Part shown: positions 42,546 to 55,826 of the stretch, piece after piece | How positions within the stretch are numbered: the stretch's first letter is position 1 | Layout of the letters: every line of letters begins with the position of its first letter | From: Dictyostelium discoideum | Taxonomy: Eukaryota | Length of the DNA: 64,000 nt | Direction of reading: 5' to 3' | Assembly: GCA_000004695.1 (NCBI GenBank) | Contig: CM000151.3 | Span: 8,192,001 to 8,256,000 of the forward strand | Made by a program: the position numbers and the translations under genes | The notes under the pieces: generated by a model | Databases searched by the model: none | What the model was told of the DNA's origin: nothing | The model's input: the letters and a program-made list of their open reading frames with translations, nothing else

Positions 42546-43036
42546 TTTTATCATTAAATCCAAAAAAAAAGAAATCAATTTTAAAATAAATTGTTTTTTT
42601 TTTTTTTATTAAACACTCAATTAAAAACTATCCAAATGTTATAAATAAAAATTTTTACGTTATAATCTAATTCTTCAATAACACCTCTAAACTTTTCGCT
42701 TCTATATTGCGCAATTTTTCGAGTAAAACAAGGGAATTATTATGAAAAGTTGATGTAATTTTCAGTAAAAAAAATAATACGTCATCACTTTTTTTTTTTT
42801 AATTTTTTTTTTTTTTTTTTTTTTTTAACTTTTTCTTTTTTATAAATTCTTTTTTTTTATTTTACAAATCAGTTTTTATAATTATTATACATTTGTACAT
42901 GTTTTTTTTTACAAATTTATAACTTTTAACATACATTTATATTATCTTTTTTTTTTTTTTTTTTTTTTTTTCATAACCATCATTATAATTATAATCAGCG
43001 TTTGTTGGTAGCAAAATTAAAAAAAAAACAAAAAAG

Positions 43037-46000
43037 ATGACAGAAAAGACAGAAATATTATTTTGGAAAGTTTTTAAAAATAAATTTATATTCAACGAGA
43101 TATTTAATAAAGTTCACAACAATCAATGGATTGAATATGATGAACCAAATAAATATAATGTTTACAATAGATGTAAATTTAAATATACCCACTCTTTACA
43201 AATAATGATAAAAAATGATCTACTCCCATTAATTAAAGATAAAATCAAACATGGTGATCATATAGAAATAGATCGTAATTCAATAAAATATCTTTTTTCA
43301 AAATTATCAAAAACACCACCAGTACAACTATATAGTCAAATTGAAATAACTATTTTTAGTATAAATATTAATAATAATAATAATAATAAAAATAAATATA
43401 AAGATGAAGATTATTTAGAAATAATTGAATTATTAATGAAACATAGAAGAGATGAATTTGAAATTACTGATTTAATAAAGATGGCAGTAATTACAAATTC
43501 ACCAGATGTTATTAGATTATTAGTTAATGAACCATATTCAGTTATAATTCATCCAACAATATTTGAATTTGCAATTATAAAATCAAATTTAGCAACAATT
43601 AAAGAACTAATAAATTTAGAATCAATAAATTTTAAAAATTATGGTATTAAATTAATCAATGAAGAATTTAAAAGAAAATCATTATCATTGGCAGCACATA
43701 GAGAAACTCTTAAAACTACAATCACTGAATACATTTTTAATAATCCATCATTATATTCAATACCACCACCATTATCATTAATAAATAATCAAAAAGATGA
43801 TGAAGAAGGAATAAAATATGAATATATTGAATTTGAAGAATTTATAGGGTTAAAATCAAGCAGCTTATTAAAATCATTAATGGAATTTGATATAGTAAAA
43901 GGAAAGTTTAAAAAAAATACAGTGAATTCATTTCTCAAAATGTATCATCCATATGAAAGATTAAAAGTTAATATTCAAATTATACTAAAGTATGGTACTC
44001 CATCATTAGATACAAAAGAAATAAAAGAGATTTTAGATAAAATAGATAATATTGATGAGAAAGATTCAAATCATTTATATAAATTACAAGAATTGGCAGC
44101 ATTACAATTCCCAAACCAAAAAAACTTTTGTTTTTATTATTCAAAGAAGTATGGTAGAAATGATGAAAGTAAAGAACAAGTTAATGTTGGTATTCAAGAG
44201 CAATTAGATACATATTCAGATTGGGAAATTGAAAATGAGGTTGAAGAAGAAGAAGAAGAAAACGTTAATAAACAACGAGAGTATTTCAATAATTTTAATA
44301 AATTTAGAAAAGCAACAGTTTATAATTTATCCGAAAGATATTCATCTGTAACTTCTATTTATTTAAATACAATGAAAGAAGGAGATATTGATACAATGAA
44401 AAAGCTTGATAAAATCAAAATTTATGATGGTGCCTCGGGTCCAGTATTTAGATTAGATGTTTCAAGATTTCATTATTTCCAATTACCAAAAGAAAAAGAA
44501 GTTTTAATGAAAGTTTGGGATTATTTAAATGAACACTCTTTTAAACAGATTGGTAATAATTATGAAATTCTCATGGAATTCTTCTCAAGTGTAACAGATA
44601 TAATATCACCATTAGATTTGAAAATTAGTAATCTTGAAGATTTCATGATGGCGAGATTAAGTTTAATGTTATTTAATTCATTGACTAAAAATAATTTAAA
44701 TGTATTTCAATTATTATTAAATAGTTTTGATAAATTTAATTTTTTAAATGGAGTGGTAGTGGAAATGAACAAACTTTTGAATAAAGAAAAGATTTTATTT
44801 GGTAGTGATGGTAAAATCATACAACTTGATAATAAATATATCAATCAATTAATCAAATCAATTGAAATGGCCGTGGAAAAGTATAATAAATTCATTTCTG
44901 AACCAATAGAGAATGGAGTAGAGTCATTTAGCATCATTTTAAATCATTTATACGATCAATTAATTAGAATTAAAGGTATATCAGTCGATCAATTAGATTA
45001 TATTAGATCAATTATTCCTCAACAATTATTAGCATTCAAATGGGATGTCTATCGTATCTTTTTCTATCTCAATATCAGATCTCGAAAATTAACAAAATAC
45101 ATACTCTCTAGGCCTAGAGTTAGTCTGTTTACTGAAGGCAATCGAAATCATTCTCCTCTCTACAATGTCTATACAAGCGAAGGATCTTATACACTTGATT
45201 TAAGAAAATATTTAAAATTAGATTTATTCACATATGATTATATTTTAGGTAGAGAGAATACAAGTAGTAGTGGTAGTGGTGGTGCTTATGAAAATAATAA
45301 TAATAATAATAACAAGAAGTTTATAAATCAATTCGATACAATATTAAAAGAATTGATTAAACAATTATCACTTGATATTTGTACAGATGTTAGTAATATA
45401 GATGAAATTCTTGATGGTGAAGATTTCTTTATGGTTTCATTTAATAAAGATTTAAAATATAGTTTGGATATTGGTAGAAAAGATTTATTTTGGGAATTAT
45501 TAGATTGGATTCAACAATATATGATTAAAAATGAAAATTTAATGAGGTATCAAGTTTATCAATTCAATTCACCATATGAATCATTATTACCAACTAGTAC
45601 AATATTTTCAAAAGTAAAAATAATAGAATTACCACCACCAACAACAACAACAACAGCCACAGTAAAAGCAAAAGAAACAACAACAACAATTGGAAGTAGA
45701 ATATTAAAAATTGATAATTTTGAAAACCCAATAACAAATGAATCATCAGTTAAAATTGGTTGGAATGAAAATAAATTAATTGAACCATTCAAACCAATGT
45801 CAAAACTTATAAATTCATTTAAATTCCAACGAGAAGTCATACGATCAATTTGTAGAGTAATGAATGTAAATGAAATTCAAAGATTTATACAACACAATTT
45901 CTTTGTATCAAATTTCCATATTTTAATTTATTCATGTGCAGTATATAATAATAGAGATGACATAATGTCATTCCTATTAAATAATTATAATATCAAATTT

Positions 46001-46765
46001 AATACATTTCCAATTTTCTCTGAGGAAGAAAAGAAACATTCACAATATTTAGAATGTAAATTCATCCTTGAAAATCATTTTGAAAAAGTAAAGAATATTT
46101 CAAAATTAAAATTAGAATGGCGTGAAAGAAGAGATTTACAATTCCCATTGGTTTTATTAAATGCTTTTGTTTTTTTCCTTTGTAATCAATTCAATATCTC
46201 AACATATAATAAATTCATTCAAAATGAAGATTTAGAAATTAGAAAACAAGCAATTAAAGAAACAATTAAAACATTAATGGGGGTGCACGATGAAGATGAA
46301 AATGAAACATATAATTTAAATGAGAATTTTGTATCGGTAATAAAAGAAGAAAATCATAAAGTTTTACTCATTAAATCAATTATTGAGCAATCAGATACTC
46401 AACTATACTTTAAATCAGCTTTGGATCAAGTTTTATTGGAAATAATAAAGAAAAGAAAAACTGATGAAATTAATTCTCCATTGATTGAATATTGTGGAAA
46501 TTCATTCTCACAAGCTTTTTTTAATGGTGATATTAAAACTTGTAATCTCATTCTCAAATACTATCCAAATCAATTTAAAATCAATAAAGATTCAATCACT
46601 GAAGCTTTACAATTGCAAAATATTCATATTATTAAATATTATTACAAAGTTGAAAATTGTAAAAATTTAATTAATAATTTTAAAAATGATAATAATTTAT
46701 TAAAACATTTAAAAAATGAATTATCAAAACATCCAATTTATAAATATCATTTAACTTGGTTATAA
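43037..46765 (+). CDS. Family copy 11, intact, 1242 aa, of a divergent subfamily (MTEKTEIL...; GASGPVFRLDVSRFHYFQLPKEKEVLMKVWDYLNEHSFKQIGNNYEIL). It lacks the long N/D slot-1 tract. C-terminus HPIYKYHLTWL*.
   Basis: Single ORF, collinear with the other copies but about 55-65% identical in the central part. Confidence 0.85.
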   Translation: MTEKTEILFWKVFKNKFIFNEIFNKVHNNQWIEYDEPNKYNVYNRCKFKYTHSLQIMIKNDLLPLIKDKIKHGDHIEIDRNSIKYLFSKLSKTPPVQLYSQIEITIFSININNNNNNKNKYKDEDYLEIIELLMKHRRDEFEITDLIKMAVITNSPDVIRLLVNEPYSVIIHPTIFEFAIIKSNLATIKELINLESINFKNYGIKLINEEFKRKSLSLAAHRETLKTTITEYIFNNPSLYSIPPPLSLINNQKDDEEGIKYEYIEFEEFIGLKSSSLLKSLMEFDIVKGKFKKNTVNSFLKMYHPYERLKVNIQIILKYGTPSLDTKEIKEILDKIDNIDEKDSNHLYKLQELAALQFPNQKNFCFYYSKKYGRNDESKEQVNVGIQEQLDTYSDWEIENEVEEEEEENVNKQREYFNNFNKFRKATVYNLSERYSSVTSIYLNTMKEGDIDTMKKLDKIKIYDGASGPVFRLDVSRFHYFQLPKEKEVLMKVWDYLNEHSFKQIGNNYEILMEFFSSVTDIISPLDLKISNLEDFMMARLSLMLFNSLTKNNLNVFQLLLNSFDKFNFLNGVVVEMNKLLNKEKILFGSDGKIIQLDNKYINQLIKSIEMAVEKYNKFISEPIENGVESFSIILNHLYDQLIRIKGISVDQLDYIRSIIPQQLLAFKWDVYRIFFYLNIRSRKLTKYILSRPRVSLFTEGNRNHSPLYNVYTSEGSYTLDLRKYLKLDLFTYDYILGRENTSSSGSGGAYENNNNNNNKKFINQFDTILKELIKQLSLDICTDVSNIDEILDGEDFFMVSFNKDLKYSLDIGRKDLFWELLDWIQQYMIKNENLMRYQVYQFNSPYESLLPTSTIFSKVKIIELPPPTTTTTATVKAKETTTTIGSRILKIDNFENPITNESSVKIGWNENKLIEPFKPMSKLINSFKFQREVIRSICRVMNVNEIQRFIQHNFFVSNFHILIYSCAVYNNRDDIMSFLLNNYNIKFNTFPIFSEEEKKHSQYLECKFILENHFEKVKNISKLKLEWRERRDLQFPLVLLNAFVFFLCNQFNISTYNKFIQNEDLEIRKQAIKETIKTLMGVHDEDENETYNLNENFVSVIKEENHKVLLIKSIIEQSDTQLYFKSALDQVLLEIIKKRKTDEINSPLIEYCGNSFSQAFFNGDIKTCNLILKYYPNQFKINKDSITEALQLQNIHIIKYYYKVENCKNLINNFKNDNNLLKHLKNELSKHPIYKYHLTWL

Positions 46766-46842
46766 AACAAAATAAAAAATAATAATAATAAAAATAAATA
46801 AAAAAAACAAATAAATAAAATAATTAAATAAAAATGATAAAT

Positions 46843-46881
<39 letters not shown>

Positions 46882-47429
46882 GTAATGGTTCCATTCATAT
46901 CTTTTATATTTTATATCATTTTTAATCTCATGCAAAATCCAAATTAAAAATAAATAAAATTAAATGAATGTTAAAAAAAAAAAAAAAAAAAATGAAAAAT
47001 AACACAACAAATTCAAAAAGTGGGATTTTGTTAAAAGTAAGAATTTTTTTTTATGGCATAAAAAGGATTTGCCAGTGTTTTAGACAATTAAAACCAGTTT
47101 CTACCAAAAAAAAAATTAAAAATAAATATTAAAACTTTGTTTGTAAATTGTGGTATTTTGTTAAAATAAAAAAATTCCCACCAATATTTTTTTTTTTTTT
47201 TTTTTTTTGAAAAAAGATTTTTGCACAATTTTGATTTAACATTATTAAATATTTAATAAAATTGAATATTATTGGATTGGTCTCCTTAATTTTTCTTTTT
47301 TTTTTTTTATTTTTTCTAATTTCTTTCCAAAAAAAAAAAAAAAAAAAAAAAATTAAAAAAAAATTGAAAAACATTTTTCATGTTCATTTCTGTTGTAAAA
47401 TTAAAATAAATAAATAAAAAAAACAAAGA

Positions 47430-47758
47430 ATGACGGAAGAGATAGAAATATTATTTTGGAAAGTTTTTAAAAATAAATTTATATTCAACGAGATACTCAA
47501 TCAAGTTCACAACAATCGATGGATTGAATATGATGAACCATATAATTATAATGTTTACAATAGATGTAAATTTAAATATACATACTCTTTACAAATAATG
47601 ATAAGAAATGGTCTACTCCCTTTAATTAAAGATAAAATCAAACATGGTGATCATATAGAAATAGATCATAATTCAATAAAAATTCTTTTTTTAAAATTAT
47701 CAAAAACACAACCAATACAACCATATAATCAAAAAGAAATAACTCTTTTTAATATATC

Positions 47759-47818
<60 letters not shown>

Positions 47819-50168
47819 TAAAGATGAAGATTATTTAGAAATTATTGAATTATTTATGAAACATAGAAGAGATCAATTTGAAATTACTGATTTAATAAAG
47901 ATGGCAGTAATTACAAATTCTCCAGATGTTATTAGATTATTAGTTAATGAACCATATTCAGTTATAATTTATCCAACAGCATTTAAATTTGCAATTATAA
48001 AATCAAATTTAGAAACAATTAAAGAACTAATAAATTTAGAATCAATAAATTTTAAAAATTATGGTATTAAATTAATCAGTGAAAAATTTAAAAGAAAATC
48101 ATTATCATTAGCAGCACACAGAAAAACTCTTAAAACTTCAATCACTGAATACATTTTTAATAATCCATCATTATATTCAATACCACCACCATTATCATTA
48201 ATAAATAATCAAAAACAACAAACACAATCAAAAAATAAAAGATTAAAACTATCTGAAATTTTACTTTCAAATTTTAATAACAAAAACGATAATACTACTA
48301 GTGAAGAAGATGAAAATGATGGTGTAGAAGATGAAGATGTTCAAGAAAATGAAGACGATGGTGCCGAAGATGAAGGTGATGAAGATGAAGGTGAAGATGA
48401 TGGTGATGAAGATGATGAAGAAGAAGATGATGATGATGAAGATGAAGATGAAGATGATGATGATGATGATGATGATGATGAAGATGAAGATGATGAAGAA
48501 GATGAAGATGATGAAGAAGAAGATGATGATGAAGATGAAGAAGATGAAGAAGGTCATGACAAAAAAATAAAGTATGAATATATTAAATTTGAAGAATTTA
48601 TAAAATTAAAATCAAGCATTTTATTAAAATCATTTATGGAATTAGATATAGTAAAAGGAGAGTTTAAAAATAATAATGTGAATTCATTTCTCAAAATGTA
48701 TCATCCATATGAAAGATTAAAAGTTAATATTCAAATTATACTAAAGTATGGAACTCCATCATTAGATACAAAAGAAACAAAAGAGATTTTAGATAAAATA
48801 GATAATATTGATCAAAAAGATTCAAATCATTTATTAAAATTACAAGAATTTGCAGCATTACATTTCCCAAATCAAAAAAACTTTTATTTTTATTATTCAA
48901 AGAAGTATGGTGGAAAAATTAAACAACTTGGTAAAGTACCACCAAAAACTCCTCCTCAAGGCTCAGGTTCTGGAATTCTACAATACCATCATTTTTACAA
49001 AAATGAAAGTAGTTTTAATAATCAAGATGAAAGTGAACAAGATGAAGAAAAAGAAGAAGAAGTTGATGTTGGTATTCAAGAGGAATTCGAAATATATTCA
49101 GATTTGGAAATTGAAAATGAAGTTGAAGAAGAAGTAAACGTTAATAAACAACGAGAGTTTTTTAATAATTTTAATAAATTTAGAAAAGCAACAGTTTATA
49201 ATTTATCAGAAAGATATTCATCTGTAACTTCAATTTATTTAAATGCAATGAAAGAAGGAGATATTGATACAATGGAAAGATTAGATAAAAGTTGGAATCC
49301 AGTAATTAGATTAGATGTTTCAAGATTTCATTATTTCCAATTACCAAAAGAAAAAGAAGTTTTAATGAAAGTTTGGGATTATTTAAATGAACACTCTTTT
49401 AAACAGATTGGTAATAATTATGAAATTCTCATGGAATTCTTCTCAAGTGTAACAGATGTAATATCACCATTAGATTTGAAAATTAGTAATCTTGAAGATT
49501 TCATTATGAAGAGATTAGGTTTAATATTATTTAATACATTAATTATAAATAATTTAAATGTATTTCAATTATTATTAAATAGTTTTGACAACTTCAATTT
49601 TTTAAGTGAATTAGTAGTGGAAGTGAACAATCTTTTAAATAAAGAAAAGATTTTATTTGGTAGTGGTGGTAAAATCATGCAAATTGATAATAAATATATC
49701 AATCAATTAATCAAATCAATTGAAATGGCCGTGGAAAAGTATAATAAATTCATTTCTGAACCAATAGAGAATGGAGTAGAATCATTTAGCATCATTTTAA
49801 ATCATTTATACGATCAATTAATTAGAATTAAAGGTATATCAGTCGATCAATTAGATTATATTAGATCAATTATTCCTGAACAATTATTAGCATTCAAATG
49901 TGAACTCTATCGTACCTTTTTCTATCTCAATATCAGATCTCGAAAATTAACAAAATACATACTCACTAGGCCTAGAATTAGTCTGTATACTGAAGGCACT
50001 CCAAATCATTACGCAAATCATTCTGGTCTCTACAATATCCATTCAAATCTAGGACCTTCTGCATTAGATTTAAGAAAATATTTAAAATTAGATATATTCA
50101 CATATGATTATATTTTAGGTAGAGAGAATTCAAGTAGTAGTGGTAGTGGTGCTGATGACAATAATAAT

Positions 50169-50200
<32 letters not shown>

Positions 50201-51617
50201 CAGGAAGTTTATAAATCAATTCGATACAATATTAAAAGAATTAATTAAACAATTATCATTTGATATTTGTACAAACGTTAGTAACAGAGATAGTATTGTT
50301 GATGGTAAAGATTTCTTTAATTATTCATTAAATGCAGATTTAAGATTTAGTTTAGATATTGGTAGAAAAGATTTATTTTGGGAATTATTAGATTGGATTG
50401 AACAATATATGATTAAAAATGAAAATTTAATGAAGTATCAAGTTTATCAATTCAATTCACCATATGAATCATTATTACCAACTGGTGCAATATTTTTAAA
50501 TGTAAAAATAATAAAATTACCATCACCAAAAACAAAAACAACAAAAACAATTGAAAGTAGAATATTAAAAATTGATAATTTTGAAAAACCAATACCAAAT
50601 GAATCATCAGTTAAAATTGGTTGGAATACAGATAAATTAATTAAACCATTCAAACCAATTTCAAAACTTATAAATTCATTTAAATTCCAACAGGATGTCA
50701 TAGAATCAATTTGTAAAGTAATGAATGTAAATGAAATTCAAAGATTTATACAACACAATTTTTTTGTATCAAATTTCCAACTTTTAATATACACATATGC
50801 AGCATATAATAATAGAGATGATATAATGTCATTCCTATTAAATAATTATAATATCAAATTCAATGCATTTCCAACTTTCTCTGAAGTAAATAAGAATTAT
50901 TCACAATATTTAGAATGTAAATTCATCTATGAAAATCATTTTGAAAAAGTAAAGAATATTTCAAAATTAAAATTAGATTGGCTTGAAAAAAGATATTTTG
51001 AATTTCCATTGGTTTTATTAAATTCTTTTGTTGTATACCTTTGTGATCAAGATAATATCTCAGACTATAATCAATTCATTCAAAATAATAGTTTACAAAT
51101 TAGAAATAAAGTAATGAAAAAAACAATTATTATATTAATGGAGATACTTTATAATGATGAAGATGAAGATTATAATTTAGATAAGAGTTTTGCATCGTTA
51201 ATAAAATATGAAAATCATAAAGTTTCACTCATTAAATCAATTATTGAACAATCAGATACTCAATTATACTTTAAATCAGCTTTGGTTCAATCTTTATTAG
51301 AATTAAAAGAGAGAAGAAAAATTAGAACTCGATCCATTGATTATGATGAAAATCCATTCATACATGCTTTTATTAATGGTGATATTAAAACTTGTAATCT
51401 CATTCTTAAATATTATCCAAATCAATTCAAAATCACTAAAAATTTAATTAGTGATACTTTACGAATGAAAAATATTCATATTATTAAATATTATTATAAA
51501 GTTGGAAATTGTAAAAATTTAATTAATAATTTTAAAAATGATAATAATTTATTAAAACATTTAAAAAAATTATTATCAAAACATCCAATTTATAAATATC
51601 ATTTAACTTGGTTATAA
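47430..51617 (+). CDS. Family copy 12, intact, 1395 aa (MTEEIEIL...). It has an acidic D/E tract of about 85 residues at 48290-48560 and a second acidic insertion at 49020-49130.
   Basis: Single ORF. The (GAT/GAA)n tract lies at the position where other copies carry (AAT)n. Confidence 0.85.
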
Positions 51618-51814
51618 AATAGAAAAATAATAAAAAAAATAAAAATAAAAATAAAAATAAATAAAAATTAATAAATAACAATAAATTAAAATAAATAAAA
51701 AAATAAAAAAAGATATTAAATTTTTAATCTTTTTTTTTTTTTAAATAACCTTATCCAAAAACAAAAAAAATAATTTAATTAAATTAAAAAATAAAAAACT
51801 GACTGACATCCAAC

Positions 51815-52666
51815 TTGTAAATTAATTTACATCTATTGTAAACATTATATTTATTTGGAAACACTCACTCTTTACAAATAATGATAAAAAATGATCTACT
51901 CCCATTAATTAAAGATAAAATCAAACATAATGATCACATAGAAATTGATCATTTTTCCATTAAAGATCTTTTTTTAAAATTATCAAAAAAACAACCACCA
52001 CAAGAAGAAACTTTAATAGAAAATAATAATAATATTAATAATAATAATAAAAATAAATATAAAGATGAAGACTATTTAGAAATTATTGAATTATTAATGA
52101 AATATAGAAGAGATGAATTTGAAATTACTGATTTAATTGTGATGGCTAAATTATAATTGAATATGGTTCATTAACTAATAATTATTAGTTAATGAACCAT
52201 ATTCAATTATAATTTATCCAACAACATTTGAATTTGCAATTAAATGTTTAAATTTAGAAACAATTAAAGAACTAGTAAATTTAGAATCAATAAATTTTAA
52301 AAATTATGGTATTAAATTAATTAGTGAAGAATTTAAAAGAAAATCAGCACGTAGAAAAACTCCTAAAACTACAATCGCTGAATACATTTTTAGTAATCCA
52401 TCATTATATTCAATACCACCATTGTCATTAATAAATAATCAAAAACAACAAGAGCCGTCAACAAATAAAAAACTAAAATTATCTGAATCGAATTTAAATA
52501 AAAAGAACAATATTAATAACAGTGATAATAGTGATAATAGTGACGAAGGAAGTGAAAATGATGAGGAAGATTATGAAAATGAAAATGATATTGATAGTGA
52601 TAATTGTGATAATAATGAAGGATGTGAAAATGATGAAGAAGATGAAGAAAACGAAGATATTGATAC

Positions 52667-52754
<88 letters not shown>

Positions 52755-53729
52755 AAACAACAACAAAAACAACAAATACAACTACTACAAGTAAAAAATG
52801 TTAATAAACGACGAGAATTTCTTAATGGTTTTGATATACCATTAACTTTTAATGATTCATCCAGTTCACTAAAAACCTTACTTTATTTAAGTGCAATGAG
52901 AGAAGGAGATGTTGATAAAATCAAAATGTATGATGGTGCTTTTAGTGCAAGATTTAGATTGGATGTTTCAGGATTTCATTATTTCAAACTACCAAAAGAA
53001 AAAGAAGTTTTAATGAAAGTTTGGAATTATTTTAATGAACACTCTTTTAAACAGATTGGTAATAATTATGAAATTCTCATAAAATTCTTCTCAAGTGTAA
53101 CAGATGTAATACCACCTTTAGATTTGAAAATTAGTAAACTTCAAGATTTCATGATGGGGGGATTAAGTTTAATGTTATTTAAATCATTACTTAAAAATAA
53201 TTTAAATGTATTTCAATTATTATTTAATAGTTTTGATAACTTTAATTTTGGAACTGGAGAACTAGGTCAAATGAGAGATTTTATTAATAGAGAAAATGTT
53301 TTATGTTGTAAACTGAAGGAACTTGATAATAACTATATCAACAAATCAATCAAATCAATTGAAATGGTTGTGGAAAAGTTTAAAAAACCCATTGATAAAC
53401 CAATAAAGGATCGAGTGGAATCATATAGCATCATTATAAATTATTTATATGATCAGTTAATTAGATTTAAAGGTATATCAGTCGATCAATTAGAATATAT
53501 TAGATCAATTATTCCTCAACAATTATTTACATTTAAATTGGATGTCTATCGTATCTTTTTCCATCTCAATATCAGATCTCCAAAATTATCAAAATACATA
53601 CTCTCTGGGCCTAAAATTAAAATGTTTAATCAAAGACGTCGAAATGATTCTGCTTTCTACAATTATTTAAAACAATATTTAAATTTATATTTATTCACAT
53701 ATGATTATATTTTGGGTAGAGATAATGCA

Positions 53730-53764
<35 letters not shown>

Positions 53765-54908
53765 GTACATAACTCAATTCGATACAATATTAAAAGAATT
53801 AATTAAACAATTATCACATGATATTTGTACAAACCTTAGTAATAGAGATGAGATTGTTGATGGTAAAGATAGAGATTTCTTTAAGCATTCATTAAATGCA
53901 GATTTAAAATTCAGTTTAGATATTGGTAGAAAAGATTTATTTTGGGAATTATTAGATTGGATTGAACAATATATGAATAAAAATGAAATTTTAATGAAGC
54001 ATCAAGTTTATCAATTCAATTCACCATATGAATCATTATTACCAACTGGCATAATATTTTCAAATTTAAAAATAATAGAATTACCACCACCAAAAACAAC
54101 AGTAACAACAGTAACGACATCAACAATTGAAAGTAGAATTTTAAAAATTGATAATTTTGAAAAACCAATACCAAATGAATCATCAGTTAAAATTAATTGG
54201 AATTCAGATAAATTAATTGAACCATTTAAACCAATTTCAAAACCTATAAATTCATTTAACTTCCAACAAGATGTCATACAGTCAATTTGTAGAGTAATGA
54301 ATGTAAATGAAATTCAAAGATTTATACAACACAATTTCTTTGTATCAAATTTCCACATTTTAATTTATTCAAGTGCATTATATAATAATAGAGATGATAT
54401 AATGTCATTCCTATTAAATAATTATAATATCAAACTCAATGGATTTCCAACTTTCTCCAAGGCAGACAATCAACATTCACAATATTTAGAATGTAAATCC
54501 ATCTTTGAAAATCATTTTGAAAAAGTAAAGAATATTTCAAAATTAAAATTAGAATGGTGTGAAAGTAGAGATTTACAATTCCCATTGGTTTTATTAAATG
54601 CTTTTGTTGTATACCTTTGTAACGATCGTAATTTCTCAACCTATAGTGAATTCATTCAAAATGATAATTTAGAAATTAGAAATAAAGCAATTAAAGAAAT
54701 AATTAAAATATTAAAGTATCACTATGAAGATGATGAGGAAGAATATAATTTAGATGAGAATTTTGCATCTATAATAAAAAATCAAAATCATAAAGTTTCA
54801 ATCATTCAACCAATTATTGAACAACCAGATACTCAATTATACTTTAAATCAGTTTTAGATCATGTTACATTAAAAATAAAAAAGGAAAGAAAAATCTGTG
54901 GCGCTTAA
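51815..54908 (+). pseudogene. Family copy 13, pseudogene. It is 5'-truncated and begins inside a 37-bp micro-inversion. There is a frameshift at about 52160-52420, then an 828-codon open piece with a (CAA)n poly-Q tract of about 45 codons. The C-terminus is truncated: it ends ...KIKKERKICGA* and lacks the HPIYKYHLTWL tail.
   Basis: Collinear homology to copy 12. Relics of the tail (atcatttaactttgttata) appear twice downstream at 54975 and 55125. Confidence 0.8.
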
Positions 54909-54909
54909 A

Positions 54910-55272
54910 AAAATAAAAAAAAAAAAATAAAAAAAAATAAAAAAAAAAATTAACGGAAAGATATTTTTTTATTATGAAAATCATTTAACTTTGTTATATA
55001 AAAATAAATCTTTTTTTTTTTTTAATGATTTGTTTAATTGTTTCTAATATTTACACAGTGGTCATATGGAAATAAAAAAATAAAAAAATAAAAAAATAAA
55101 TTATCAAAATAATCAATTTATGAAAATCATTTAACTTTGTTATAAATAATAAAAAATTATAAAAAAAAAAAATAAAAATAAAAATAAAAAAATAACCTAC
55201 ACTTATTATTAGAAATGATCAATTTTTTTGAAGTCCAAAAAAAGTTTTAAAAACACTGTGTTTTTATCGAAA

Positions 55273-55306
<34 letters not shown>

Positions 55307-55330
55307 TTATTTTTTTTTTTCACTTTTTTT
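54910..55330. repeat. Downstream flank of copy 13 that is duplicated, at about 90% identity, downstream of copy 14 (59690-60110). It includes a tail relic, taatgatttgtttaattgtttctaatatttaca(ca)gtggtcatatggaaat, and tttttttgaagtccaaaaa.agttttaaaaa.
   Basis: Direct string comparison of 54950-55260 with 59745-60030. Confidence 0.7.
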
Positions 55331-55428
55331 TTTTTTCACTTTTTTTTTTCACTTTTTTTTTTTTTTCATACTTTTTTTTTTTTCGTTCATTCAAAACGGT
55401 GGTTAAGAAAAAACAAAAAATAATAATT

Positions 55429-55747
55429 ATGGAAATTCTAGAAATATTGTTTTGGAAAGTTTTTAAAAATAAATTTATATTCAATGAGATATTAAATCAA
55501 ATTCACAACAATGAATGGGTTGAATATGATGAACCAAATAAATATAATGTTTACAATAGATGTAAATTTGGAAACACTCACTCATTGGAAATAATGATCA
55601 AAAATGATCTACTCCCATTAATTAAAGATAAAGTCAAACATAATGATCATATAAAAATTGATCATTTTTCCATTAAAAATCTTTTTTTAAAATTATCAAA
55701 AAAACAACCACAACAACAAAATAATCAAGAACAAACCATAAACAATG

Positions 55748-55826
<79 letters not shown>

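Noticed and set aside
48331-48570. Plus-strand ORF MKMFKKMKTMVPKMKVMKMK... inside copy 12; also 52522-52794 and 56681-57031.
   Set aside because: Alternative-frame reading of the acidic GAA/GAT tract of the real CDS.
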